From Macrostomum hystrix (Eukaryota > Animalia > Platyhelminthes): a stretch of DNA of 64,000 bases. Of this stretch, positions 1 to 12,769 are shown piece after piece. Position 1 is the first letter of the stretch. Each line of letters begins with the position of its first letter. Under the pieces are notes generated by a model. That model saw only the letters and a list, made by a program, of their open reading frames with translations, had not been told where the DNA came from and made no database searches. A program made the position numbers and the translations under genes. Location of the stretch: the NCBI GenBank assembly GCA_950097015.1, contig CATNEN010000029.1:6014001-6078000 (forward strand). The letters run 5' to 3'.

Positions 1-518
1 TCTATCTGTCTCATCCCGGCTGCTCATACGGTCATCCCCCGTGACACGGTCCAAATCCCTAAGCCGTAATATGTGAGCACACCGGTGCAGCCGGGCAGAA
101 ATGTTACCTTGAGCAGCTGGATGTCCTCAAATGGCAAAATGAAATTTTCTGAGAGTGGCTGGGCAGAATGAAAGGCAGGGGACGTGCGACGAATGAATCA
201 GTTCCGACTGGGACAGGGAGATCCGTTCGCTATTGTGACTCTGCGTGCTCATACTATATGCGGATTGCCAAAGTGTACGCTCGTAGCGAATCAAAGCCAA
301 ACCAAATCGACTGGCTGAAAACGATTGGAAAAACACTGATTAACCATCGCCAATCTTTTTTGAATGAGGAAAAGCAAAAGTTCCTTCAATGTAGGAGAAA
401 ATCCCATTGGGATTTCCACTGGAATTCATCAGAGGCAATTCAATCAACGAACACTCTTGTGCACTCTAGGGTTTCTCAGAAAGTCAAGCTGAATAATATT
501 TGATACTAAATCTGAAGC

Positions 519-700
519 TACTGCTCATTGTCTACCTCTGGAGCTACTGCCCATTGTCTACCTCTGGAGCTACTGCTCATTGTGTACCTCTGGAGCTACT
601 GCCCATTGTCTACCTCTGGAGCTACTGCCCATTGTCTACCTCTGGAGCTACTGCCCATTGTCTACCTCTGACGCTACTACTCATTGTCTGCCTATACCTA
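519..700. repeat. 26-bp tandem array (CATTGTCTACCTCTGGAGCTACTGCC)
   Basis: Direct tandem copies visible; explains ORF 500..733. Confidence 0.9.
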
Positions 701-717
701 CCAATGAATGTATTATC

Positions 718-965
718 CGATACCTACCAGTGAGTGTACCACCCGATACCTACTAGTCAGTGTACCATCCGATACCTACTAGTGAGTGCACTATCCGATA
801 CCTACCAGTGAGTGTACCATCCGATACCTACCAGTGAGTGTAACATCCGTTACCTACCAGTTTACCTACCAGTGAGTGTAACATCCATTACCTACTAGTG
901 AGTGCACTATCCGATACCTACTAGTGAGTGTATTATCCGTTACCTACCTACCAGTGAGTGTACCA
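718..965. repeat. 26-bp tandem array (CCGATACCTACCAGTGAGTGTACCAT)
   Basis: Direct tandem copies abutting the previous array; same period, different sequence. Confidence 0.9.
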
Positions 966-1131
966 TCCTTCACTGACCACTTAAGCCAGCAGTAGATTCT
1001 TACCTTCTAAATATCGACACTTAATTTAATCGTCATAATTAGCATTTCTCGATATAAATGATTAGCAAATAAAAAATCTTATTTTTCTCACCAAGGAAGG
1101 AAAATAGGGATATTTAAGGTTTGAATTTTAA

Positions 1132-1438
1132 TAATAATAATAATAGTTGATTACACCTGCCCCAATTGGGTCAGATGTGCAGCCGACAGCACAGCCGCAG
1201 CTTATGCGCGGCGCATCTGAAGGCTGCGTACAGCTGTTCAGTCCACGGACTGGGGGACGCCACACCCACCTTCAATTATCCCAGCTGATGCTGGTACCCA
1301 TTTAACAGCTGGGTGAACTGAAGCAATGCAGAGTTAAGTGTCTTGCTAAAGGACGCAAATTGTTCCAGTGGAGTCGGGAATCGAACCCCCGACCTTCAAG
1401 TCGTGAGTCCGACGCCCTAACCACTAGGCTACAACCTC
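1132..1438 (-). mobile_element. Full-length tRNA-derived CORE-type SINE (SINE-A)
   Basis: Minus strand has A box TAGCCTAGTGG, B box GGTTCGATTCC, a CORE-like block (CCTTTAGCAAGACACTTAAC...CAGCTGTTAAATGGG) and a (TTA)n tail. An 11-bp TSD TTGAATTTTAA lies at 1121-1131 and 1439-1449. Confidence 0.9.
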
Positions 1439-2299
1439 TTGAATTTTAACTATAAGCTAAACCCCGCAGTCGCCTTATCTGACAAGCCATTGTGCGGAAC
1501 CATCTGAGCCTGTTACTCCCCCGTGCCGTTGCCGCTTGTCAACCGCTTAAATGGATGACTGACTGTGATGAGACCCAGGGCTTGGCTATTGTTTGCTGGA
1601 ATACTGAGATAAACACACTCGGAGGATGTTGGGATAAAGATGGGAGTTATCCCACGGTGATGGGCAGTAGTGCTGGGTTGGATCTGTCATTCAGTCAAGT
1701 GTGCGCAGAGAAGGAATGACAGCTGCAGTACAAAATAAGTTCATCTCAGTGCAACTAAAAGTTTATGCTAAAGTTTGGATGAACTGAACTGATGCGTTGG
1801 TTCCGAGACTGGGACGAGAAATAAAAGCTTCTTACCTACCTAAAACAATACGCATGAATACGCAATCAATACTATCGTTATACATTACACCACCGTTTTA
1901 AATCCAGTGCCTATTATGCGATGCTCAATATTTCTGTTAAACTGGCAAATAACTGGAGGCCTGATGCTATTTTTAGAACTCAAGGTCGATAGTCACGTGA
2001 TTATTTTTTAACTCTGTATTTAAAAATGATGACTATTTAAACGACCGACGCTCAGAATCTGAGGCCAATTATCAAGTGATTATTATTTTTCATTTATATC
2101 AGGCAGGCTTAAAAAGATTCAAGATTACAACTCACCCAAGAAAGAAATATCAATGAATCCGATTAGGCAAATCCTTTTCCTGATAATCCGTGCCTTTCAC
2201 TCCAGGATTTTTTGTAACTTTACAAGCTCTCTCTTATTTTCCGTCTAGTTATCCCCAGTCAGTCCCGTTGGTTAGTAAGAAATCTGCCATAAAGCCGGG

Positions 2300-3060
2300 C
2301 TTTCCCCAATCCCCCCATTGTCCAATCCTGAATTGCGGTCGCTCGTGGCTTCGCCCATTGGTCGGCAGCCCCATTGCAGAAGGAATGGAACTTGACACGA
2401 TATAGAAGATTGCGGCGGAACACTTTTGCTTTTCTCTCCTCATTTCAAACGTCCTTTATATCCTCCGGGTTGCAGTCCTTATGCCGAAGCTGCTGCTGTC
2501 CAGCTAGCCCCAGAGACCCGGTTCATTCAGCCGGACTTAACGAGGTGCGCTGGGAAAATAAGCCGCCAACCTGGCCGGGATTGGAGGGCTTGCGATTTGT
2601 TTCGAGGGGGACTTTTAGCTTCCCGCAGCCCCGCAACTTTCCGCCGCGTCCCTCTCCCCACTACTTGCATATGTCTCGGACCTTTTGGCTCCAAAAATTA
2701 TTGATTCCAACTGACTAAAAAGGGGACTTGCCCAAAATCTGGGATATAGTTCCTAGTGATCAAATCGCTGTGCTGAATAAGGATTCCTGTGCGTGTAGGG
2801 AGAGGGACGAGACAGGAACCAGGCGCCGGGAAACGCGATACGGCTGAGGAAAACAGCCGCACCGCACCGCACCGGGATCGGATCCCATATCCCTGGCTGG
2901 CTTTGGCGCATCTTTGCCAAAGATACACCCCTTTGAATCTCCTATTCGTCTTCGCGTTTAAGAGCTCAAACACTAAAACTGTGTCTTTCTATTTCTTTCT
3001 CATTTTCTAACTGGTGAAACCGGAAGAAAATCTGTCTGGCCTGCGGCACAGCGCAGGTTC
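2300..3060. promoter_or_regulatory. CpG-rich promoter-like region
   Basis: Locally GC/CpG-rich, with a CCAAT box (ATTGG near 2357) and an ETS-like CCGGAAG near 3020. No gene could be confidently attached. Confidence 0.3.
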
Positions 3061-3242
3061 GAATTCCGAAGGCTATTCGTACTAAAAAACTCTGTCCTTT
3101 TTATTGCTGTAATTTTTCATTTGGTTACTTCTTCATTCGTCGTTGTACTTTCGAATATTCGCATTGTCTGCTTTCAAAGTTGCAGTTTTGTGTCATTCCC
3201 GCGTTAGTTACGAGCGACGAGTATATGAAAGGATGAATTTCA

Positions 3243-3560
3243 GAGTGGTCTAATGTGTTTGCCTCTCGCACCAAGGTCCCTGAGCTCGATTACGCGGCGA
3301 GGTCACATTCATATGGGGCGCTGATGCGGAGAGAACGCTTGGCGGCTTGTCGTGAAATTTAGGCTTTTGGGGGCCAACCTGCATGGCACAGTGAGAGTGT
3401 ACACTGCCTGACGATGAGAAAGTCAGGTCAGATGTACACACCTGTGTGCGTGTGTGCCTGTGCAGGTTATGTGTCTGTGTGTGCTCAGGAGACAGCGAAA
3501 TGGGCAGAATTGCCTCATCGCTGGCTGCGGGTCTAGTGTTACCGAATGATCAGCCTTCTT
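3243..3560 (+). mobile_element. SINE-B copy (tRNA-derived)
   Basis: Near-full-length match to the copy at 47673-48025, including the central GTGTACAC...GTACAC hairpin. Confidence 0.85.
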
Positions 3561-4337
3561 GAAAACTTTTGCATTACTCTTTTTATTTCTGCACCTAGCT
3601 CAGTTACAATTTCTGTATCGTCAATGAAAACGACGGTCTCTCGCAAATTGACTTAGGGCCCGTCACGAGAAAATCGGCCTCCAATCCCGTTTAGAAACTG
3701 CTGGGAAAATCGCGGTTTCCAAGACGTTCAGATTAACTAGCCCGAAATTCATGGTTAAAGATTGAGTCTTGCAAAAACTCTGTTTGATCCACTTTGATCC
3801 CTCGTCGGCCTACGTCTGCAACTTCGTCGAGCTCTTCAAACGAGATTCGCTCGCTGTCAGTGGCAAGTATAGACGGGGCTTTGACCAAGCTGATCAATTG
3901 GCTGCAGCCTCACTCCCTAAACGATTGTTTCGTGCTCTGCCTCAACTGCAGTTTCTTCTTATTTAATCCAGTCCTCAATCTGTTTTCTCAGCTGTTCATT
4001 CTACACGCAAGGCGTCAAAAGGAAGGCCCCTTCAGGCGTCTCCGGATTATCGCAGGCTCAGCGCCAATGGATATTGACATTGCTGTCAGTTCTTCGTGGC
4101 GCTCGAGGCGCGTTTCGCCTTCAAATGGATCGAACACTACATCGTGTTTTTTTCTAGAGATTTGAATTCATCTTGGGCAGCACTCATTATTTGCTGTGGC
4201 TAACTCTGATGAATAAAAGCTTGAGAACTGGCTTTCGATCATGGAATTAAAGTTTTCTAAGTTATCTTCCTAAATTTAATACTCACATTGTGCGGACACA
4301 ACTTTTTATATGTCAAATATGATTTCACCTACTGTAA

Positions 4338-4480
4338 TAATGACCTACCATCTCAATGACCTTACTGTCACAATGACCTACTGTCACAATGACCTACCAT
4401 CACAATGACCTCACAATGACCTACTGTCACAATGACCTACTGTCACAATGACCTACTGTCACAATGACGTACAGTCACAA
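4338..4480. repeat. 16-bp tandem array (CTGTCACAATGACCTA)
   Basis: Direct tandem copies; reverse complement contains AGGTCATTG. Confidence 0.9.
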
Positions 4481-5907
4481 CGATCTACTTTCAAGTTTAG
4501 AAAAAGACAAGATGACCTACTAAACCTGGTATTTTTCTGCTTCCTGGGGTAGAGGAAGTGCTTTTCTTTCTTATCAATTGTGGGTGAGAATATTCTGCCG
4601 TGGCTACACTCGCTTTTGGCGTAAATCGACATATTCCGGAATATGTATAAGTATACTTATTATAATAAGTATAATTATTTCGAAGATAGCGAAATTGAAA
4701 GTGAAAACTATGACTCACACTGCAGTATGAATGGCTGTTTTCTCGAAGGGCGAATACGTTTATTATATGCATGAGATGATGCAACCACGCGCATAACTTT
4801 TGCCCGCGAGAGAAACGCCAGTGAAGACATATTAAGTGACGCTGTCGCTCGAAACGGACAGGGGTGGGTTGAGTGCAATGAGTAAGCATCTCTTCAGCTC
4901 TCTCTCTACTGTGCACCCGGTTGCTCCGATTGCGTCACACCCATGACGGGGGCTCATTTGCGGCATCACTATTACACTAGGGATGGCAATGAAGTGTCGC
5001 TCACAATTTCCATCACAAAATGTGACCAAAAAGTTACCTACAGCTAATGCCAAGTTGTCTTTAAAAAGGTTTTAAAGGATATCCAACCATTATACGGCTT
5101 TTGCTGGCGTAGACATGGCTGTCGGTTGAAAGCTGTTAAGTGGTGTGTGCGAAAATGTATTTGTTTATCCCGACAGAGGCAGCTAATGTGCTAACTAGCT
5201 GGCTTTCTGTCACGAAATTTATCCAAAATTCCTTGTGCTTCTTTCTGTTTCAGTCATTTCTGTGTGCATCATCCAGGTCTCGCGTTTGCCTTACTGGGAT
5301 AAGATGCCAGAGCGACAGTTGCTCCTGCAACTGAATGAAAAACTACAGCCAGGAATGCGAAGAAAAGTGGGCACTGAAGGCTAGAAGAAGCTTGTGAAGA
5401 TAAGCCATTCTCTGGAAGGCAATTACCGTGTACAAACATTGCATGCCCGAATGGATCGAATAAAATGGATTTATATTATTTTACTTCATATATCTAAGAG
5501 TATATAAATAGCAAAGTTTTTAAAAATCTAAACCAAAGCCTGAGACTTAAACCTTCGCTATATTAAAACGGTTTAGCAGAAAGTATTTTGTCATTGAATT
5601 GTCTTTTCGCTGAGACAGTTAGTGCTTATGTGTCATGAAGTGTTGTTCCGAGTTGCATTAAATAGATAAACAAAAATGTTTTACAAGCGATAATTTTTTA
5701 CTTTAAAATAGTAAAGAAACCAGCTAAAATGACTATATTTGTGGTTCAATTTTTATGAATAAAAATTACTAATTAAATTTTATATAAGTTTTGCATACTT
5801 TCTCTAATTCAGTTTCGAGTCATTCGCCATACTTTTTCTTCAGCCGACTTGGCACTTCAAAAAAGTTTTGATCTAGTGCTGCTGTTTATATCGGAGTATT
5901 TTTAATT

Positions 5908-8900
5908 ATGGCCCTTTATTCTATGAATCTTTTATGGGAGGATAGAGAAGTTCGATTTGATCTGGAGTTAAGGTAGATTAAATGTAGTTTCATATGACAT
6001 CTTGCAAGCATCTTATGAGTTTTAGTGCAACACTATACAATGTATTGCTGCTTTTCATTATTACACTTGTTGTATGGCTCTTTTATTAATATTTAAACTC
6101 GCTTCTATTACACCTTAAATTTACCCTTTGAAATAATTCTTAATTTCCTTTGTCATTGACTTAACTATACTTCATCGACTGGCTATGTACTTTTCTTACT
6201 TCATATGTATATATTGCTTAATTTAGCCAGATAGGCTGCTTTCTTTCCCAAATATGGTAGCGTTCGCACGAGTGTCCGAGCGGCAAGACACTTCTTCCTC
6301 TCCTTACTTGCTCATAAACTATATGGCTTTCTGTTTTTTCCCAGTCTTTCTAGGCTTCCAAATGGACTGAATTTGCCCAACGCCCCAACTTCGCACACAG
6401 TGCTATTAACCAATTGGGAGTTACCCTCTGTTCTTTCAGTTATTAAACTATGCTGATTTTGATAATTATCTCCTTCTTTATTCTTTCGAATATTCATCGA
6501 CTTATGTGTGATCACAGACTTGTTTTTCTCTCTCTTTAAATAAGAACAATTAAACACTTTGAGACTTATTCTCCTTAATTCACCACAGAACTGGGCACGG
6601 GGCACAAGTTGAAGTTTTAAAGCTAATTTTCGGTTGTTTTGAGGTGGGTGACACGATTTATAGCGAATTTTGAGGTGGGTGACACGATACAGATAAACAA
6701 AGGATAAAATCGGGGGAAATGCGTTTGGCGGGAATTCAATGTTAAAAAAATTTACTATATAAAATTAGGGCCTGCCTCAATTTAAGGGCCTGCCGAAATC
6801 TAACTGCATCTAAACAGGCTTTGTTTTTTTTTCAATGCACAGACTGTTAAACCTACGACCAGGGGAAAAAGTAGTCGATCGACTGGACTTAGTGGAAGAT
6901 ACCAAAGGCAACAATGGTGACAAAGGTAAGAAATTTACTTTTGCCTAGTCATTTGACATAAGGTGCACGCTGCATTAACATCAAATTTTTCATCACAGGT
7001 CGTCTCATTATTACAACGCTTCGGTTAATCTGGCATTCACACAATACTCCAAGAGTTAATCTGTGTAAGCTGACTTTATTTTGTCTTATGAATTTCCAAA
7101 AAATATTTTAGAAAAAAAATTAAGAAACAAAAAAACAATTTTTTCTTCTAAAATTTTCAGCTATTGGATACAACTGTGTATTGTGCATCACCATAAAGCC
7201 AACCTTTTCAGTAAGATGACCATTTTTGGATTTCGTCATGCTTGTATCGCAAAATACTTAGATAATATTTTTTAGTTAAAAACATGAATGGACATATTAC
7301 GGTAACAGTAACATGAGCAATCTAAAATCGGTAAAAAACTCTTTGTTACTGAATTAAAAGTTCCTGAAAAGAAACCCAAATTAATTTTCTAGCTTTAATC
7401 TAACTCTTGCTGCGTTTAGTTTAATTGTAACTTTGATTTATCCCTCGAACTTTTTCAGAAGCAGCGAGGCAATGTGGAGGCGCTGTTCGTGTTGACGAAA
7501 TTCGGTCAAACCAGATTCGAATTCATCTTCACCAGTCTGGAGCCCGGCTCGCCCAGACTGTTCTCGTCAGTCATGTCTGTTCACAAGTAAGCGACTAGGG
7601 TCCTTTTCATAGTATTGACAGTAGTATTTGTAGTAGCATACATTTATTATGTTTTGTATTAGTATTTTATGTTTAAAAGCGAATTTTATAATCCCTACGC
7701 ATTTTCCTTTGCTCAAATGAATGTGACCTTTCCGTGGAATCGAGCTTGGGAACTCAGTGCTATTGTGTGCGCGAAAATTTGCTGCTAAATTAAATTACAC
7801 ACGGATGTCATTGCCCAGATCGTACGAGTCCAGCCGCATGTACCGCGATCTCAAACTGCGGGTTGCAATCATCGCCGACAACCGCCTGAAGCTGCTGCCG
7901 CAGGAGGAGCTGCTGTCTGAAGTTAACGGCGTCTGGAATCTCAGCTCGGACCAGGGCAACCTGGGCGCCTTCTGCGTCACCAACGTCCGGCTGGTGTGGT
8001 TCGCCAGCATGAATGAGGCCTTCAACATCAGCATGCCCTACATGCAGATGGTGCCCGCTTATAGTGACTGCTTCAAACATGTTGGCCTAATTTAAATAGC
8101 CAGGATGACCAGTGGCAGTGCACCCAAATCCCCAATGGCGCTTTCAAATCCTTTTTTGTGCATTCCTATTTAAATCTCTATTAGCGCTCCCAAATCCTAT
8201 TAGCGCTCGCAAATCCTATTAGCACTCCCAAATCCGATTAGCGCTCCCAAATCACTATTGGCGCTCCCAAATCCTATTAGCGCTCGCAAATCCTATTAGC
8301 ACTCCCAAATCCGATTAGCGCTCCCAAATCCGATTAGCGCTCCCAAATCACTATTGGCGCTCCCAAATCCTTTAAGCGATCCCAAATCTTCATTGACGCT
8401 CCCAAATCCAATTAGCGCTCCCAAATCCGTATCAGCGCTCCCAAATCCCTATTAGCGCTCCCAAATCCCTATTGGCGCTCCTAAATACCTATTAGCGCTC
8501 CCAAATCCCTATTAGCGCTCCCAAATTCCTGTTAGCGCTCCCAAATCCCTATTAGCGCTTCCAAATCCCTATTAGCGCTCCCAAATCCCTATTAGCGCTC
8601 CCAAATACCCAAAGCACCCCCTGGCGATGACTAGGCAAATCCTGCGCTCGATTTCGACGTCCTCATGGGTTCGACCACACGTCTTTCAAGCAAGGACTAC
8701 TCATGTAGACTTGCGAATCGGTAGCTAAATACTATAGTGGTCCTTGCTTTAAGCAGCTCAGCTATAACAGGTTACGAATAAGAAATTCGTAACAAATGCC
8801 GCCCTGCGCCAAAGTTTGCTTCAATCTCGATACTCTATGTTTGAAAACTATTTCAGAAATCTGTACGCATCAGGGACTCAAAATTCGGTCTCGCACTAGT

Positions 8901-10670
8901 CATCGAATCAACCGCTCAGGTGAATGATCATTTTTTTAGACTGGCTTACTACATGTCTTGGATTTTTTCATTGTTCTCTCAACATTAATTCTCACCTGAC
9001 TCAAATTCTAATCAGAGTGGCGGCTACGTCCTGGGCTTCAGGGTCGATCCGGTTGAGAAGCTGAAATCAGTGGCCCAAGAGCTGCAGAGCCTCCATCGGG
9101 TATACTCATCTGACCCTGTGCTGGGAGTACAGTTTGACCGCCTGCCTGAGGAGGAAACTCGCGGACTGCTGGTGGAGACTGAGCAGGACGACCTGGAGAT
9201 GGACGAAAGCGACGAGCAGAAGGACGTGTTTGCGGTGAGGGGATGATTTTAGTGATGGGATGGTTATTGGGGATGATTTTAGTGATGGGATGGTTATTGG
9301 GGATGATTTTAGTGAGGGGACGGTTATTGGGGATGATTTTAGTGAGGGGATGGTTATTGGGGATGATTTTAGTGAGGGGATGGTTATTGGGGATGATTTT
9401 AGTGAGGGGATGGTTATTGGGGATGATTTTAGTGAGGGGATGGTTATTGGGGATGATTTTAGTGAGGGGATGGTTATTGGGGATGATTTTAGTGAGGGGA
9501 TGGTTATTGGGGATGATTTTAGTGAGGGGATGGTTATTGGGGATGATTTTAGAGGCGGGATGGTGAGGGGATAATTTTAGTGATGGGATGGTTATTGGGG
9601 ATGATTTTAGTGATGGGATGGTTATTGGGGATGATTTTAGTGATGGGATGGTTATTGGGGATGATTTTAGAGGCGGGATGGTGACTGGGGATGATTTTAG
9701 TGATGGGATGGTTATTGGGGATGATTTTAGTGATGGGATGGTTATTGGGGATGAGTTTAGAGGCGGGATCGTGATTGGGGATGATTTTAGAGGCGGGATC
9801 GTGATTGGGGATACATTTAGAGGCGGGATCGTGATTGGGGATAATTTTAGAGGCGGGATGGTGATTGGGGATGATTTTAGAGGCGGGATCGTGATTGGGG
9901 ATAAATTTAGAGGCGGGATCGTGATTGGGGATAATTTTAGAGGCGGGATGGTTATTGGGGATTATTTTAGTGATGGGATGGTTATTGGGGGATAATTTTA
10001 GAGGCGGGATCGGTAATGGGGATAATTTTAGAGGCGGGATGGTGATTGGGGATAATTTTAGAGGCGGGATGGTGATTGAGGATGGTTTTTGTGACGGGAT
10101 CGTGATTAGGGATAATTTTAGAGGCAGGATGGTGATTGAGGATGATTTTTGTGACGGGATCGTGATTAGGGATAATTTTAGAGGCAGGATGGTGATTGAG
10201 GATGATTTTTGTGACGGGATCGTGATTAGGGATAATTTTAGAGGCTGGATGGTGATTGGTAGGATTATCGCGCAGAAGTATATAGTCAACTAATTTATGC
10301 AACTCTAAAAGTATCTAAAGATGACATTTATATGAGTATTCTTCTACTCTGCGCACTATTACTCATAATAGATAGCTTGCGCATGCATTTAAAACGTCAC
10401 GCTCGCTATTGTTTCGTACACAAGGCCTACCTGACCGACGGCGACAAGTCGACAGATCGGGAGCCGGTGTTCTCGCCGGACCTCGAGCTGGCAGTGGAGT
10501 CGGTCAAGGAGGGCTTCACCCTTCAGGACCTGTGGGCTGTGCTGCCCGACACGAGGCCGAAGAAAACCGCGGTCGAGACTGCGCAGCAGCAGCAGCAGCA
10601 ACAGGAGCAGAACGTGTCTTATGAAGCCGAAGCAAACCCGCCTGAGTATGATGAAAGAGCGATTGACTAA
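5908..10670 (+). CDS. BBS5: Bardet-Biedl syndrome 5 protein (BBSome subunit), about 383 aa
   Basis: Exons 5908-5972, 6843-6925, 6999-7064, 7161-7210, 7459-7586, 7819-8050, 8857-8919, 9016-9234, 10425-10670 join in frame (1152 nt) with GT-AG introns. Recognised BBS5 motifs: [81 protein letters not shown]. Confidence 0.95.
8177..8606. repeat. About 20-bp tandem array (ATTAGCGCTCCCAAATCCCT) in BBS5 intron 6
   Basis: Direct tandem copies. Confidence 0.9.
9235..10262. repeat. 30-bp tandem array (GGGATGGTTATTGGGGATGATTTTAGTGAG) in BBS5 intron 8
   Basis: Starts at the donor GTGAGG; explains ORFs 9243-10302. Confidence 0.95.
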
Positions 10671-10718
10671 CAGTCAGTCTTTTTTTATCCTCGATTTTAG
10701 GAAAAAAATGTTTGTCTA

Positions 10719-10724
10719 AATAAA
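10719..10724 (+). terminator. Candidate BBS5 polyadenylation signal AATAAA
   Basis: AATAAA about 50 nt after the stop codon, followed by T-rich sequence. Confidence 0.5.
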
Positions 10725-10807
10725 AAAGTTTTGTTGATAACTTCTTTTAACAGCTTTTAAAAGTGTTGATATTTACTTTGAACTCTGTGAAACTTCAATA
10801 GCAAAGT

Positions 10808-10975
10808 TTCATGACCTCTAAATGATCCTCAGACTCAAATGACCTCTAAATGATCCTCAGACTCAAATGACCTCTAAATGATCCTCAGACTCAAATGACC
10901 TCTAAATGATCCTTATACTCCAATGACCTTTGAATGATCTTCATACTCCAATGGACTCTAAATGGACTCCGAACT
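10808..10975. repeat. 28-bp tandem array (AAATGACCTCTAAATGATCCTCAGACTC)
   Basis: Direct tandem copies; reverse complement contains AGGTCATTT. Confidence 0.85.
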
Positions 10976-11654
10976 CAAACATTGAGCTGTATTAATTTTT
11001 ATTTGCATTATCAGTGTTGTGCCTTTGCCTTCAAACTCAGCGTGTTCTGTCTTTTAAAAAATGAATCTTCCAGTTGATAGTGCCTTCGCATTAAGCCGTC
11101 TATTGGTATTTTGTCCTTGATAACATTGGAAATTCTGTTTTAAATCTTCCTTTCTACAATAGTACTAATTCGTGAGTTATCATCTAAGAATAACAAGTAA
11201 ACGAAGGTCGACTTGACTTGTGTGTCGAATTTCTTAACTAATAAGGTCCTTGGCTAGAGAGCCAATCAAGGCAGTTTTGTGCTCAATAGCAGCTAATTGA
11301 GTTCTACAATAGCATTGTTCAGTACTTGATATTTTTTATCGGAAGTCAAGCCTTCTAGGCTAGGTGAAAGTTCCTTTAAAGATCAATTATTTCTAGTAAT
11401 TCTACATTCTAGAAAGAAGAAAGTCAATGGCTTATATTTTTACAAATTAATTACTTGCGGATCCAGCGCAAACTCACAAATCACGGCCACGGAGTAGAAC
11501 AGAAGGCATAGTCTATTTTGAAAATAATATAAATCATAACTTGATATCAAATAGCTCCTTTTTGCTAATTGATTACCTCATTATTGGTCCCTGTTTAAAG
11601 TCTAGTTTGATATGCCTAGGCAAGCATAGAGATCTATGAGTGAGATCTAGAGAA

Positions 11655-12100
11655 TATAGAGTGAGATGGGAGAATGTGGAGTGAGATTGAGTAGGGTGAT
11701 GGGAGAATGTGGAGTGAGATTGAGTAGGGTGATGGGAGAATGTGGAGTGAGATTGAGTAGGGTGATGGGAGAATGTGGAGTGAGATTGAGTAGGGTGATG
11801 GGAGAATGTGGAGTGAGATTGAGTAGGGTGATGGGAGAATGTGGAGTGAGATTGAGTAGGGTGATGGGAGAATGTGGAGTGAGATTGAGTAGGGAGATGT
11901 GAGAATATGGAGTGATATTGGGTAGAGAGATGTGAGAATATGGAGTGATATTGGGTAGAGAGATGTGAGAATATGGAGTGATATTGAGTAGGTAGATGGG
12001 CGAATGTAAAATGAGATTGAGTAGAGAGATGGGAGAATGTGGTGTGAGATTAAGAAGGGTGATGGGAGAACTTGAAATGAGATTAGATAGGAATATGGCA
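11655..12100. repeat. 33-bp tandem array (GAGTGAGATTGAGTAGGGTGATGGGAGAATGTG)
   Basis: Direct tandem copies; explains ORFs 11634-12173. Confidence 0.9.
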
Positions 12101-12769
12101 TAGACATTGAGTATAACGTTGAGTAGACAGTAACGTAGGCATTTAAGTACTCAAATAGGTTCATGGTAAACAAAAAAATTTATGCGCAGCACACAATTGG
12201 TTCTCAATTTCCTAATAATTCGCGAAAAGCGATATTCTTTTCATTTAGGTGTACAGCAAACGGTAACTATGGTAACAGAGAAAGTACCTGACAGTAATAA
12301 CACTAATTGAAGAATAATAATAAAATACGACAGAAAGGCGATTGTAAGTCAGACAATTACTACTAGAAAAATAGATTTTAAATATTAATTATATATTATA
12401 GAATCTTATTAAAAGACTGATTTGATATGTGAATGTGAGATAGAAAGGTATAGAGAGGCCATAGTTATATTTTAATTACGATGTTAAATCGATGGCCGGA
12501 CTTAGTCGGCATCCTGCGTCAGGTACTTGGCTATCAGCTGGTCGGCATAGCGCCTAGCGCTGGCTGTCAGCTCCCGGCTTTCTAGGAAATCACGCACGGA
12601 ATCAGGACCCGGCCTGTGGAAGAAATTGATTGAATAAAAACCTTTGTTTCAATTATTTCACTTTTTGGAACGAGTAAAGTAAAAAACAAACATACTTTTA
12701 CCGATAATACACTTACCTAGACACGTCTACTTAAATATGTATTTTAGGGAGATTTTGTAATTTAGAAGA

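Noticed and set aside
108-148. Possible minus-strand micro-exon ENFILPFEDIQLLK with GTAAC donor
   Set aside because: Too short to assign, and no partner exon was found in the window.
1365-1438. SINE heads (also 47673 and 53640) as tRNA genes
   Set aside because: Acceptor and anticodon stems do not pair properly, and each continues into a SINE body.
3627-3645. GACGGTCTCT resembling part of a flatworm spliced leader as recalled
   Set aside because: Only about 10 nt match, with no donor or Sm site in the right place.
3737-5400. Coding-like fragments on both strands (e.g. NEQLRKQIEDWIK, U-box-end-like; LSLYCAPGCSDC; a minus frame with four TGA codons)
   Set aside because: Multiple stops and inconsistent phases; no coherent model. 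No SECIS evidence to support TGA readthrough.
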